Source: Actinomycetota bacterium
GTDB lineage: Bacteria; Actinomycetota; Geothermincolia; Fen-727; Anoxymicrobiaceae
Assembly: GCA_043807425.1 (NCBI GenBank)
Contig: JAZDFZ010000049.1
Location: 3,611 to 67,610 of the forward strand
Reading direction: 5' to 3'
Length of the DNA: 64,000 nt
The notes beneath the pieces were generated by a model. It ran no database searches and was not told where the DNA came from. It saw nothing but the letters and a program-made list of their open reading frames with translations. This document shows positions 1 through 9,167 of this stretch, piece by piece. A program made the position numbers and the translations under genes. Positions within the stretch are counted from its first letter, which is position 1. Every line of letters starts with the position of its first letter.

Positions 1-2
1 CG

Positions 3-344
3 TCCATCGCCACGGGCCTGGGATTCCTGCTGGAGAGGTCAGGTGCCGGTTACGGAGACATCGAGAGGTTCTTCGTAGCTGGAGCGTTCGGCAACTACCT
101 GGACATAGAGAACTCGCGGTCGATCGGCCTTCTGCCCGACCTGCCGCCGGAGCGGTTCCGGCCGGTTGGAGACGCCGCGCTGAAGGGAGCCTGCCTGGCA
201 CTGACGGGGGGACGGCGGACGCTGGACCGCGCTCGTGATATCGCGTTCGCCACCGCCCATGTCGAGCTGGCCGGCAGCCCGGATTTCCAGCCGCGCTTCA
301 TCGAAGCGCTCGGCCTGGCGCCGTACGGGCGGCAGCCCTTCTGA
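3..344 (+). CDS. C-terminal fragment of an ASKHA-fold DUF4445 / corrinoid reductive-activase-like protein (5' end off-window)
   Basis: Frame 3 is open from the window edge to TGA 342-344. ...FFVAGAFGNYLDIENSRSIGLLPDLPPERFRPVGDAALKGA...ELAGSPDFQPRFIEALGL resembles the conserved C-terminus of DUF4445 proteins. Not in the ORF track because it has no start codon in the window. Confidence 0.55.
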   Translation, partial: SIATGLGFLLERSGAGYGDIERFFVAGAFGNYLDIENSRSIGLLPDLPPERFRPVGDAALKGACLALTGGRRTLDRARDIAFATAHVELAGSPDFQPRFIEALGLAPYGRQPF

Positions 345-347
345 GTC

Positions 348-527
348 CTACCCCGCGGCGGTAAGCTTCTCGATGACGCTCTCGAGCAGGGCCTTGCGGT
401 CCCGCAGTTGCTGCTTGAACGAGGAGCTGTCAGTATCGGCGATCTCGGCCCTGAGGTTGGAGAGACATCCCTCGAGTGTCTCCCTGACCATGCCCAGCTC
501 TTCAGGGGTCAGGTCGAGTGTGCTCAC
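348..527 (-). CDS. small (59 aa) helical hypothetical protein
   Basis: GTG start at 527-525 preceded by an AAAGGGGA Shine-Dalgarno. VSTLDLTPEELGMVRETLEGCLSNLRAEIADTDSSSFKQQLRDRKALLESVIEKLTAAG. Strong G/C third-position bias. Just below the ORF-track length cutoff. Confidence 0.45.
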   Translation of the reverse strand: MSTLDLTPEELGMVRETLEGCLSNLRAEIADTDSSSFKQQLRDRKALLESVIEKLTAAG

Positions 528-744
528 GTCATCCCCTTTCTTGTCGCCGGGAGCCGGCAGACGGTTGTCTGGCGTACCAGGTTTATCCTCGGAGGATTTC
601 GAAAGAGTCTAACAGAAATCCTGCGGCTCCACGCAACTACAGGATCCCGGCCGGCTGGCGCCGGGCCGGCCCGACTCGCCCGACGGGCTCGGACAGCTCT
701 GGTACACTCTTCGGGAGCAGTAGGCCCTCTATCACCGGGCGGCG

Positions 745-1383
745 ATGATGCTACTCAGGAATGCGACAATCGAGGACACCGAGGCCCTGGCCCGGCTGTG
801 CTACCTGGCCGGGCAGGGGCAGGCCACGACCTCTATCTATGACCTGCTCTTCGACGGGCCGCGGGGGATGACAAATGAGCGCACGGCGGCGATGGCGGCG
901 GTCCTTGCCGCGCGGCACGCCTGCTGGTTGCACTACACGCGTTTCCTGGTGGCCGAGGTGGACGGTCGCGTGGCCGCGGCGCTCTCGGGCCTGGACCGCG
1001 AGCAGAACAGGACGAGGGACTTCGTTTCGTCGCTGCGCGAGACGGGCTGGACGGACGGAGACCTGGCGGCCATGCAGGGGCGCATAGGCCCTGTGACATC
1101 CGTCGAGCCGCGCCACCCCGAGGGCGCCTGGCGCATCGAGAATGTGGCCACCCTGCCCGGGTACCGTGGCGGGGGACTGGTCGGCGCACTGCTGGAGGAG
1201 ATCGTCGCGCTGGGCGTCGAGCGCGGCCACCGGGTCGCCGACCTGGGTTGCTTCATCGGCAACGAGCCCGCGATTCGCGCCTACGAGAGTGTGGGATTCC
1301 GCGTCACCGGGGAGTTCACCGACCGGGAGTTCGAGGAGATCTTCGGCTGCCCCGGCATGTGCCGGATGACGATGCAAATGTGA
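745..1383 (+). CDS. GNAT family N-acetyltransferase
   Basis: 212-aa ORF. Acetyl-CoA-binding-type motif LPGYRGGGLVGALLEEIVALG and C-terminal NEPAIRAYESVGFRVTGEF. Confidence 0.85.
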   Translation: MMLLRNATIEDTEALARLCYLAGQGQATTSIYDLLFDGPRGMTNERTAAMAAVLAARHACWLHYTRFLVAEVDGRVAAALSGLDREQNRTRDFVSSLRETGWTDGDLAAMQGRIGPVTSVEPRHPEGAWRIENVATLPGYRGGGLVGALLEEIVALGVERGHRVADLGCFIGNEPAIRAYESVGFRVTGEFTDREFEEIFGCPGMCRMTMQM

Positions 1384-1384
1384 G

Positions 1385-1427
1385 CCCCCTCACCCTGCCC
1401 TCTCCCCCGAGGGGAGAGGGGATGAGG
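1385..1427 (-). repeat. copy A of the CCCTCTCCCC/GGGGAGAGGG hairpin repeat (inverted relative to copies B and C); probable bidirectional terminator
   Basis: 10-bp stem 1398-1407/1411-1420 with a 3-nt loop, flanked by CCCCCTCACCC. Lies between convergent stops at 1383 and 1428. Its reverse complement aligns with the copies at 20151 and 45462. Confidence 0.8.
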
Positions 1428-2972
1428 TCAGTGCGCTGCGAGGTCGTTGACCAGCATGCTGGAGGTCGCGATGCCGGACAGCATCACCAGCGGCACGCCG
1501 CCGCCCGGGTTGGTGCACTGACCGGTCAGGTACAGGCCTTTCACGCAGCGCGAGCGGTAGTTGGGGCGGAACGGTCCCATGTTGCCCCCGCTCATCTCCA
1601 GGCCGAAGAACGCCCCCTCCGGAAGCCGCAGCCGCCGCTCCAGTTCCACCGGGGTCACCGAGTCCATCCACTCGACGTTCTCGCGCAGGCCGGGGAACGC
1701 CCGCCTGTCCAGAGAGGAGATACACTCCCAGGCCCACTCGTCCGCGACGTCGTCCCACCGGTGATACTTGAGCCTGTAGGGCGCGATGTAGATGACCGAG
1801 AGGACCTGCTTTCCGGGCGGCGCGAGGTCCGGGTCGTCATGCGAGGCGCAGGAGACCAGGAACGCCGCGTCATCCGGCCGGTACATAAGTCCCTTGTCGT
1901 AGTACTCGTACCAGACGTTGTCGAACTTGTGCCGCTCGGTCAGCAGCACGGAGAAGTGCGCCCTCACCGAGTCCATCTTCTGCTTCAGCCCCATGTAGAA
2001 CGTCGGCGCGGGGATCGAGCACGGCTGGTTCTTGACCGCCCGGCGGACCGCGTACGGCAGGTGCTGCTCGCCCACCAGGTCCAGATAAGTGGTGCGTGAG
2101 TGCGCGTTGGAGATGACCGCCCCCGCCGATATCTCGGTCCCGTCAGCGAGCCGAACGCCCTCGGCGCGCCCGCTCCTGACCAGTATCTTCTCCACGGGGG
2201 TGTTGAACCGGATCTCGCCGCCGAAGCGCTCCATTATCTTCCGGAGCGCCTTGGGGATCGATATCATCCCGCCCTTCGGGTAGTAGTAGCCCATGCGCCC
2301 CATGTATGTGACGTTCGAGAGGAGCCCTGTGCACCGGTGCGCCGGCAGCGCGGCGTAGAGGTTCTCCCAGCCGAACATCAGCCTGATGCGATCGTCGGAG
2401 AAGTACCGGTTGACCACCCGGTCCAGCGTGCGCGTGGCCAGCCACGCGTTCACCGGCAGCGCGGGGAACTGCTCCCGCCTGGCCGCGACCCTGCCCAGGT
2501 ACGCCGGCCTGCTGACCTCAGCCAGCGAGGGCATGGGGACGTCGAGGGCCGCCCGGTAGACGTCGAAGATCTTCTGCATGTCCGCGCAGTAACGGTAGTA
2601 GCCCTCGACGTCGCCCGGCGATATCGAGCCCACTACATCGGCCATCTCGTCGATATCCCTGGGCAGCAGCACCCGGGTCCCGTCGTCCAGTATGGTGTCG
2701 TAGACGGGGTCGATCAGCCTGTACTCGAGGTAGTCCTCCAGGCGCAGGCCGAGCAGCTCGAACAGCTTGTAGTACATCTCGTGGCCGATGACGAACACGG
2801 CACCCACGTCGGGCTTGAACCCCTCGTGGTCGTAGTTAGAGCAGCAGCCGCCGATGCGGTGGCTCTGCTCGAGCACCAGGACCTTCAGGCCCTCCTTCGC
2901 CAGGAGCGAGGCGCAGGTGAGCCCACCCACCCCGGAGCCGATTATCACCACGTCGTAGTCGGTGCGCGCCAT
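1428..2972 (-). CDS. FAD-dependent oxidoreductase, phytoene desaturase (CrtI)-like family
   Basis: 514 aa. N-terminal dinucleotide fold YDVVIIGSGVGGLTCASLLAKEGLKVLVLEQSHRIGG. C-terminal GLYLTGQCTNPGGGVP. Confidence 0.85.
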   Translation of the reverse strand: MARTDYDVVIIGSGVGGLTCASLLAKEGLKVLVLEQSHRIGGCCSNYDHEGFKPDVGAVFVIGHEMYYKLFELLGLRLEDYLEYRLIDPVYDTILDDGTRVLLPRDIDEMADVVGSISPGDVEGYYRYCADMQKIFDVYRAALDVPMPSLAEVSRPAYLGRVAARREQFPALPVNAWLATRTLDRVVNRYFSDDRIRLMFGWENLYAALPAHRCTGLLSNVTYMGRMGYYYPKGGMISIPKALRKIMERFGGEIRFNTPVEKILVRSGRAEGVRLADGTEISAGAVISNAHSRTTYLDLVGEQHLPYAVRRAVKNQPCSIPAPTFYMGLKQKMDSVRAHFSVLLTERHKFDNVWYEYYDKGLMYRPDDAAFLVSCASHDDPDLAPPGKQVLSVIYIAPYRLKYHRWDDVADEWAWECISSLDRRAFPGLRENVEWMDSVTPVELERRLRLPEGAFFGLEMSGGNMGPFRPNYRSRCVKGLYLTGQCTNPGGGVPLVMLSGIATSSMLVNDLAAH

Positions 2973-3004
2973 CTCTCATACCCCCGTCAGGCTCGCGGTG
3001 CGTC

Positions 3005-3160
3005 TCAAACGAAGACGCGGAAAGGCATCTCGCGGGCTTCGCTGAGCAACTTCATCACCCTGCCCCTTCTCTCTTCGTCCAGGCGGACCCCCATCAGGTA
3101 CCCGACGGCGCCCGCGACGAGCAGGAGGAGGGCGAGCATCTTGAGGTTGCTTTTCATCAT
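3005..3160 (-). CDS. small (51 aa) membrane protein, hypothetical
   Basis: ATG 3160-3158 preceded by AAGGAG. MMKSNLKMLALLLLVAGAVGYLMGVRLDEERRGRVMKLLSEAREMPFRVFV. G/C-rich third positions. Sits directly upstream of the CrtI-like gene. Too short for the ORF track. Confidence 0.5.
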   Translation of the reverse strand: MMKSNLKMLALLLLVAGAVGYLMGVRLDEERRGRVMKLLSEAREMPFRVFV

Positions 3161-3274
3161 CTTGCTCCTTGATCGGCCCTATATTTTAAACGCAACAGGG
3201 AGCGCTTTGGCAAGTGGAGTTGTACTGGTGAGTATGGTCCGGCTTACGGCAGGCACCCGAGGGTGCCCTGGGGG

Positions 3275-4837
3275 TCAATCGCCCCGGCGCCGCTGGCCGC
3301 TCCCGCCCTCCGGCCAGACCGGCTGGAACCCGTCGGGGAAGACCCTGATGCTCGACGGCTGTGTCGGACAGGTCTCCTCACACGCCCCGCACCCGGTGCA
3401 CTTCGCCGGCACGACCACCGGCACAAGGCCGTCCGCGTCTATCGCGTTGAACCGGCACCTCTCCTGGCACACCAGGCACTGCCGGCCCTTGTGCCCGAGG
3501 CACCTCTTCGTATCGACATGGGCCAGGCCGATAGCCACCCGGTCGGGCGCCTGCTCCTCGATGGCACCGGCCGGGCAGACTCTCCGGCAAGCCTGGTCGC
3601 ACTGCTCGTAGATGCAGCCGGCCGTGCGGGGCACGAACCTGGGGGTCCACAGTTTCTGAAGCCCGCCCTCCAACCCCATGGGTACCAGGCACCCGGCCGG
3701 ACAGGCGCGGACGCACTCCTCGCATCGGTTGCATGCGGCTATGAACCTGGACTCGTCCTGGGCCCCGGGCATCCTCAACGGAGGCTCCGATATCCCCTTC
3801 AGCCCGACCCCGTAGCCTGCAAGCAGCACAGCGCCGAGGCCCGCCGACCCTATGAACTCACGCCTGGTCACGGTCAGGCCCTTACCCGGCGCGGCGTCAG
3901 GAGAAGGCTCGTGACCGGGTCGCGGAACCCGGGCCGGCTTCCCCCTGCCGGAGACGTACAGCGGCTCTCCCACGCTCTTCAGCTCCAGCGCGCCGGGAGA
4001 CGGGCATGACGCCACGCAGTCGCCGCAGGCGACGCAGTCCGCGGAGCGCAACCGGCCCGCATCGCCCTTCAGAAACGGCTCGTCGAGGGCGAAGTCGCAG
4101 TCGCGGTAGCACGCCCCGCAGGAGACGCACGCCGCCGGGTCCTTCACCACCGACAGCGGGCTCACGCGCTCGCTCAGGCGCTTCCCCACCTTCGAAACCA
4201 GGCTGAAGAGCGCTCCCGCCGGACACAGATCCTCGCACCAGAAGCGCGGCCTGTACGCCACCGCCACCAGGACAAAAGCGATGAGGAACCATGGGACCTG
4301 CGGCAGCAGCACGTAGTACACCGCGCGGTTCGCCACGACGAACGGGCTCGCGAAGTACAGGAGGTTGATCCCCGCGAGCGACAGGATGATGACCAGCCCG
4401 AGCAGCAGGTACTTGACGCGCACCTTGCGCCGGACGGGCCCCGAGGCGGCCTCGGCCTTCCTGGCACGGATCTCCCTGCCCCCAGGCCTGTAATACTCCA
4501 TCGAACGGGGCTTGCAGACACCTACCACGTCGAAACAGGTCCCCAGCGGGCATATCCACCCGCAGAAGAAACGGTGTCCCGAGAGCGCTGTTAGTCCGAG
4601 CAGCACCCACGCGGGCCAGAAGGCCACGAACGCCGACAGGCTCCTGGCCCCGGTCAGGGCGATCAGCCCCGCCAGCGGGTCCATGCGCAGGAAGAGGTTC
4701 GCGGGCGGAACAGCCATGGGCGGGTATGCCGCGCGGAAGGTCAGCAGTACGAAGAAGGCCAGGAACGCGATCTGCACGCACCAACGCACGATCCGGACTC
4801 CCCGCCTCCTGCCCCCGTCCCCGCTCATCTCAGACAC
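3275..4837 (-). CDS. membrane polyferredoxin, NapH-like N-terminal half fused to NapG-like C-terminal half
   Basis: 520 aa. Contains RFFCGWICPLGT and RFWCEDLCPAGA membrane motifs, six Cys clusters (CVSCGACYRDC, CVACGDCVASCP, CNRCEECVRACP, CDQACRRVCP, CLVCQERC, CTGCGACEETCP), and an internal twin-arginine-like segment TRREFIGSAGLGAVLLAGYG at residues ~324-343. Confidence 0.75.
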   Translation of the reverse strand: MSEMSGDGGRRRGVRIVRWCVQIAFLAFFVLLTFRAAYPPMAVPPANLFLRMDPLAGLIALTGARSLSAFVAFWPAWVLLGLTALSGHRFFCGWICPLGTCFDVVGVCKPRSMEYYRPGGREIRARKAEAASGPVRRKVRVKYLLLGLVIILSLAGINLLYFASPFVVANRAVYYVLLPQVPWFLIAFVLVAVAYRPRFWCEDLCPAGALFSLVSKVGKRLSERVSPLSVVKDPAACVSCGACYRDCDFALDEPFLKGDAGRLRSADCVACGDCVASCPSPGALELKSVGEPLYVSGRGKPARVPRPGHEPSPDAAPGKGLTVTRREFIGSAGLGAVLLAGYGVGLKGISEPPLRMPGAQDESRFIAACNRCEECVRACPAGCLVPMGLEGGLQKLWTPRFVPRTAGCIYEQCDQACRRVCPAGAIEEQAPDRVAIGLAHVDTKRCLGHKGRQCLVCQERCRFNAIDADGLVPVVVPAKCTGCGACEETCPTQPSSIRVFPDGFQPVWPEGGSGQRRRGD

Positions 4838-5906
4838 TCGCCACCTTCAGCGCGTTGAAGTCGGTCGTGCCCAGTCCGGCCTCGGCAGCGTGGACGATGT
4901 ACGGCACATCGGCGGCGGTCATGCCGAATAGCGTACAGGCGTAGCTGTCCGCGGCCACCACGTCACCGCTGGCGATGACGGTGTTGGCGGCGCGGGTAGC
5001 CCCCGGTCCGCCAGGGCCGTTCTCCAGGAGGATGACGGTCGCGTCGACCACCGAAAGCTTCGGCCTTACCAGGGTAGCCAGGTCGGCTATGGACTGCTGC
5101 AGTCCGTGGTTGTGTATCTCGGACATGTTGGATGTGACGCCGATGAAGTTCTTCAGGCCCAGGCTGAGCCCCGCACTGCCGTGATGCTTGGCCTTGGGGA
5201 CGGTGATGACCACGTCGGCGGCGAGCACCTCGGGGTAGACGTCCGCGCTCGTCATGGCGACCGCATTGGGGATCGGAGTGGTGACACCGCCCCCCTGGTC
5301 GCTCCCGCCGCGCACCAGGAGCTCCGCGCCCGCCGCCCGGGCCGCCGCGCCTATGCCGTTGGCGTTCAGGCACGCCTCCGCCGCACCGCGTAGGGTGTGG
5401 TCGACCAGCAGGACCCTGGCCGCGCCCGCCTCTCTGCACATCTTTATGACCTCGGCCACCACGTCCGGGTTGGTGCTCGTTCCACCTTCCAGGCCGTCCA
5501 TGAAGCTCGCATTCGGCTTCACCACCACCACGTTGCCGGCCTGCACGAACCTGCTCATGCCCCCGATAGCGTCCAGAGCCTTCCGGGTCATCTCGGCCGG
5601 GGTGCCGGTGGTCGCCACCGCGAGGTCCGCGGCCGGCGCCGGCTGCGGCGGCGGGGAAGTCGCCGGAGCGCTGGTCCTGGTCACGGTAGGCGTCCGCCCG
5701 CCGCAAGAGGCCGCGACGGCGCCGAGTGAGGCTCCCAGCAGCACGCCCCCGGCCAGGCGCCCCATCTTTTTCAGGAACTCCCGCCGCTCCAGGTCCCCGC
5801 CGAGCCGTCTTATGACACGCTCGATCTCCTCGGGATCCACAAGCCCGTCGAAACGATTAGGCAACTCCATTGCTCCTTTTTCTACACCCGCGTGAACCGC
5901 GCTCAA
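4830..5906 (-). CDS. DUF362 domain protein with Tat signal peptide
   Basis: RREFLKKMGRLAGGVLLGASLGAVAASCGG, then a Pro/Thr-rich linker, then a DUF362-like body (VVVKPNASF...). Overlaps the polyferredoxin gene by 8 nt. Start is uncertain (TTG 5906 or ATG 5870). Confidence 0.7.
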   Translation of the reverse strand: MSAVHAGVEKGAMELPNRFDGLVDPEEIERVIRRLGGDLERREFLKKMGRLAGGVLLGASLGAVAASCGGRTPTVTRTSAPATSPPPQPAPAADLAVATTGTPAEMTRKALDAIGGMSRFVQAGNVVVVKPNASFMDGLEGGTSTNPDVVAEVIKMCREAGAARVLLVDHTLRGAAEACLNANGIGAAARAAGAELLVRGGSDQGGGVTTPIPNAVAMTSADVYPEVLAADVVITVPKAKHHGSAGLSLGLKNFIGVTSNMSEIHNHGLQQSIADLATLVRPKLSVVDATVILLENGPGGPGATRAANTVIASGDVVAADSYACTLFGMTAADVPYIVHAAEAGLGTTDFNALKVASV

Positions 5907-6003
5907 TCTACCTCATGTATAAAGGACACGCCCATGACAAACAACAACCGACCGACACCTTTAACAGTAAGAACACGCCGTTAACGCCCCCTTCAAGATC
6001 CGC

Positions 6004-6040
6004 CATGTAACAAAAGGGTCTGACCCTTTTGTTACATGGC
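6004..6040. repeat. perfect 37-bp palindrome, member of the GTCWGRC-core element family
   Basis: CCATGTAACAAAAGGGTC-T-GACCCTTTTGTTACATGG has 18-bp perfect arms. Intergenic, between divergent genes. Confidence 0.9.
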
Positions 6041-6099
6041 AGGGCAGGGCCGGCGGTCGTCGAATACGTAGCAGCGCACGGAGCCGTTTACGAGGGGAG

Positions 6100-6354
6100 A
6101 TGATGAGAATGCCCGACATGGAGGGTCACGTCTGCCAGTCCTGCGGGATGCCGATGGGCCCCGACGACTACGCCGGCGGAAGCGAGCAGGGCGACTACTG
6201 CAGCTACTGCGTGGTCCACGGTGAGTACACCGCCGACAGGGAGAACGTCAAGCAGAAGATCGCGGACAAGATCCAGGAGATGAGCGGCAAGCCGCGCTCC
6301 GAAGCCGAATCCGAGGCCGAGCAGACCATGTCCGGCCTGAAGCGCTGGCAGTAG
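6100..6354 (+). CDS. putative zinc-ribbon domain protein
   Basis: 84 aa. CQSCGMP...CSYCVVHG Cys pairs. GAGGGGAGA Shine-Dalgarno ahead of the ATG. Confidence 0.6.
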   Translation: MMRMPDMEGHVCQSCGMPMGPDDYAGGSEQGDYCSYCVVHGEYTADRENVKQKIADKIQEMSGKPRSEAESEAEQTMSGLKRWQ

Positions 6355-6373
6355 GAGAGGAACGGCCGGCGGT

Positions 6374-8122
6374 CTACTTCTGCTTCTGCTGGGGCTTGAG
6401 TGCTTCCTCGCTGTAGGTGCAGTTGGGGTCCCACAGCAGCCACTGCTTTACCCCCGCGTTCTCGCAGGCGTCGATCTGGCGCCGCACCATGTCCGGGGTG
6501 TAGGCGACCTTGAGGCTGAAGTCCTGAAGCCAGGGGCGAAGCCCCGCGTTACCGCCCTTCATGGCCTTCTTGAAGTCGTCGACCGAGTGGCTGACCGTGT
6601 CGGCGGGATTGTTCTCGGGGCTTTTGATGTTGTACTCGCCGGGGTTGTAGTGTGACGGGTACATCATCGGCGACAGGTAGTCCACTATCTTCGTCACGTC
6701 GCTGATCTTCTGCCCGATGTTCATCTCCCCCTGCTTGCTGGCGGTAAGGCCGAATACGTCCGCCGAGATGAACACGTTGTAGGCGGCCAGCTTCTCGCGA
6801 GCGTACATGAGGAAGTCGCTGATGACCTGCCCCTGGGAGCGGCCGTCCTGGTGCGGGTAGGCGCACTCCTCGATGTCGCCGTCGGAGGGGAACCGGACGT
6901 AGTCGAACTGGACCTCGTTGAATCCCGCGCGCGCCGCTGCCTCGGCCACCGCCAGGTTGTAGTCCCAGACCTCCTTCGAGTAAGGGTCCAGCCAGTTGCC
7001 GCTGCCCCAGAGACCACCGCCCGTGCTCTGCACCGCCAGGTCCGGCCGTACCTCGGCGAGCTTGGGGTCCTTGAAGCATACGATCCGGCAGATGGTGTAG
7101 ACATCGCGGTAGCGGAGGGTATCCACCAGTGAGTCGAGCTTCAGGTAGTCGTTCGCCGCGCCCGACTCCTGGGCAAGCGGGTTGTCTATGTCGAAGCCTA
7201 TCTGCCCGGCCTCGTCCTTGAGGTCGATCTCCAGCGAGTTGAGCTCGGTCCGCTCCGTGAGACCTATCATGTCCTGGAGGTTGCTCTCGCTCGCGGCGAT
7301 GAAGATGGAGACGTGAACACCCTTGGCTGCGACCTGCTTCTGGGTCACCACGAAGGCGGCCGCCTCGTTGCCCGCACCGTCCTTCGCGGAGATCCTGAGG
7401 CTCCTGGTCCGGGGGCTATTGGTGGTGCCCTCGAAGTTGCCCTTGGCGTCGACGGACAGGGTCTCCTTGCCGATGGTGACTGCAGAGCCGGGGTCCGTCT
7501 GTCCGGCGAACTCGACCTTGACCTCGCCGGTTCCCTTCAGGTCGGTCACCTTCTTCTTTGTCAGGTCGAGCTTCGGAGGGGTGGTGTCCACCGTGAACTC
7601 CCAGCCGGCGGTGCGCTTGCCCATGAGCCCGCCGCCGTTCACCACCAGCAGGGCCTGGTGCTTGCCGTCCGTGAGCGGGACCTGGCAGGCGAGTGCCCGC
7701 GCTTCGACCGAGATGTTGTTGGTGACCTCCTTGCCGTCGACCTTGAGGGTGACGGTGTTCGGCTTCACCGGCTTGGAGAACTTCGCCTTGATATCGACCG
7801 TGGGGTTGCGGACGAAGGAGCCCCGGACGGGCGTGATGCCGCCGATCGGGCTCGGATAGACGAACGCGAAGAACCAGATCACCAGGAACAGCAGGAGCGC
7901 CCCTCCGACTATGAGTGCGAGCATCGGTCCGGTCAAGCGACCCAGGGGCCCGGCCTTGGGAGAGCGCTCAGGCCTGCTGCGCGGCCGGTCCATGCTCGGC
8001 GGCCCACCGTTCGGCTGCCTGCGTGCGGCGTCGCGCTGCTCGCCGTAGTCGAGGCTGCGGGGCCTGCCTCCGACGAAGACGTCTGAAGATCGTCTGTTCG
8101 TAAACCTTCGTTTCCTGGCCAT
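6374..8122 (-). CDS. membrane-anchored putative glycoside hydrolase (DUF4015-like TIM barrel) with Ig-like N-terminal domains
   Basis: TM helix LALIVGGALLLFLVIWFFAF. C-terminal region SLEIDLKDEAGQIGFD...GFNEVQFDYVRFPSDG...YLSPMMYPSHY...GVKQWLLWDP. Start moved to ATG 8122 (AGGGAGA Shine-Dalgarno), which avoids overlap with the upstream gene. Confidence 0.65.
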   Translation of the reverse strand: MARKRRFTNRRSSDVFVGGRPRSLDYGEQRDAARRQPNGGPPSMDRPRSRPERSPKAGPLGRLTGPMLALIVGGALLLFLVIWFFAFVYPSPIGGITPVRGSFVRNPTVDIKAKFSKPVKPNTVTLKVDGKEVTNNISVEARALACQVPLTDGKHQALLVVNGGGLMGKRTAGWEFTVDTTPPKLDLTKKKVTDLKGTGEVKVEFAGQTDPGSAVTIGKETLSVDAKGNFEGTTNSPRTRSLRISAKDGAGNEAAAFVVTQKQVAAKGVHVSIFIAASESNLQDMIGLTERTELNSLEIDLKDEAGQIGFDIDNPLAQESGAANDYLKLDSLVDTLRYRDVYTICRIVCFKDPKLAEVRPDLAVQSTGGGLWGSGNWLDPYSKEVWDYNLAVAEAAARAGFNEVQFDYVRFPSDGDIEECAYPHQDGRSQGQVISDFLMYAREKLAAYNVFISADVFGLTASKQGEMNIGQKISDVTKIVDYLSPMMYPSHYNPGEYNIKSPENNPADTVSHSVDDFKKAMKGGNAGLRPWLQDFSLKVAYTPDMVRRQIDACENAGVKQWLLWDPNCTYSEEALKPQQKQK

Positions 8123-8153
8123 TGTCTCCCTGAGCCCGACCCGGCGAGTCCCG

Positions 8154-9167
8154 TCAGTAACCGACGAACTGTACACCGGATGGCATGTTGTCTTCTGTGA
8201 GCCTCGGCTCCATGTACGAGGGGGCGCAGATGGTATTGGGGTCGCCGTCGCTGATGAAGCGCAACTCCGGGTGCCGGTCGAAGTAACGCAGCCAGTAGGC
8301 GGAGCCCTCCGCGCCGGAGCCGTCCTCCGGGTCGTAATCCATTGCCTGTATCCTGGGGACCAGCGTGCCCGGGTTGCGGTAGTGCCACACGGGATAGAAC
8401 GGATTCGATCCCACCAGCAACGCCCAGTTGTTGTGGTACTTGTAGCCCTCGAAGGAGCCGTCGTACATCAGCGCCTGGTTCTTGGGCACCGAGCCGTTGG
8501 GAAGGCACAGCACGTCGACCGTCGCCTTGGGTTCGACGCTCTTGATGTCCTTTGCCATCGTGGCTATCTCCTCCTGGACGGCCTCGTCGGACTGCCTGCC
8601 CAGAGAGGGGTGGCTGACGGTGTGATTGCCGAACTCGAAGCCGTTGGTCTCGAGATAGTCCAGCTTCTTTTTCTTGTAGTCCTCCTGGTCGAACATCTGG
8701 GGCAGCAGGTTGAACTGCGCTGTGTAACCGAAATCCTTGTGCTGGTTATAAAAGGCCTGCATGAGGCCCAGGGCGCAATTCGGGTCGATGACGGTCTTGT
8801 CGCCCTTCTTGACGTAGTTGAACTGGCACAGCGTCGAGTCGTCGAAGCTGAACACCATCGGGGTGGTGCCTGCCGGGACATCGATGCGCCCCTTTAACAG
8901 GTCGTGGAAGGCGATGAGGCGGTAGCCCTTCTCGTAGAAGGTGGCCATGTCCTTCTTGAAGTTCTCGATGCTGCGCGTGTAATCGCTCTCCTCGTCCTCG
9001 ACGCGATGGTACTCGATGATCATGACCATGCCCATCTCGTTGGGTCTTATCTTTTTTTCGAGCAACTGGTTCACGTCCACCTTGCCGGTGGTCCGGGCGC
9101 CGCCGCACCCGGCGAGCGCCACGGACGACGCCACCAGCAGGGCGAAGAGTATGCGAGCAACCCTCAT
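8154..9167 (-). CDS. polysaccharide deacetylase family lipoprotein
   Basis: Signal/lipobox MRVARILFALLVASSVALAGCGG. MVMIIEYHRV...FSFDDS...GNHTVSHPSL motifs. Start at ATG 9167 with a GGGAGGAA Shine-Dalgarno. Confidence 0.8.
   Translation of the reverse strand: MRVARILFALLVASSVALAGCGGARTTGKVDVNQLLEKKIRPNEMGMVMIIEYHRVEDEESDYTRSIENFKKDMATFYEKGYRLIAFHDLLKGRIDVPAGTTPMVFSFDDSTLCQFNYVKKGDKTVIDPNCALGLMQAFYNQHKDFGYTAQFNLLPQMFDQEDYKKKKLDYLETNGFEFGNHTVSHPSLGRQSDEAVQEEIATMAKDIKSVEPKATVDVLCLPNGSVPKNQALMYDGSFEGYKYHNNWALLVGSNPFYPVWHYRNPGTLVPRIQAMDYDPEDGSGAEGSAYWLRYFDRHPELRFISDGDPNTICAPSYMEPRLTEDNMPSGVQFVGY

Noticed and set aside
235-842. Plus-strand ORFs 235-612, 408-842 and 518-748, and minus-strand ORFs 39-301, at the window start.
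   Set aside because: They overlap the better-supported frame-3 DUF4445-like C-terminus and the 59-aa minus-strand gene. Their translations are low-complexity Ser/Arg/Pro-rich.
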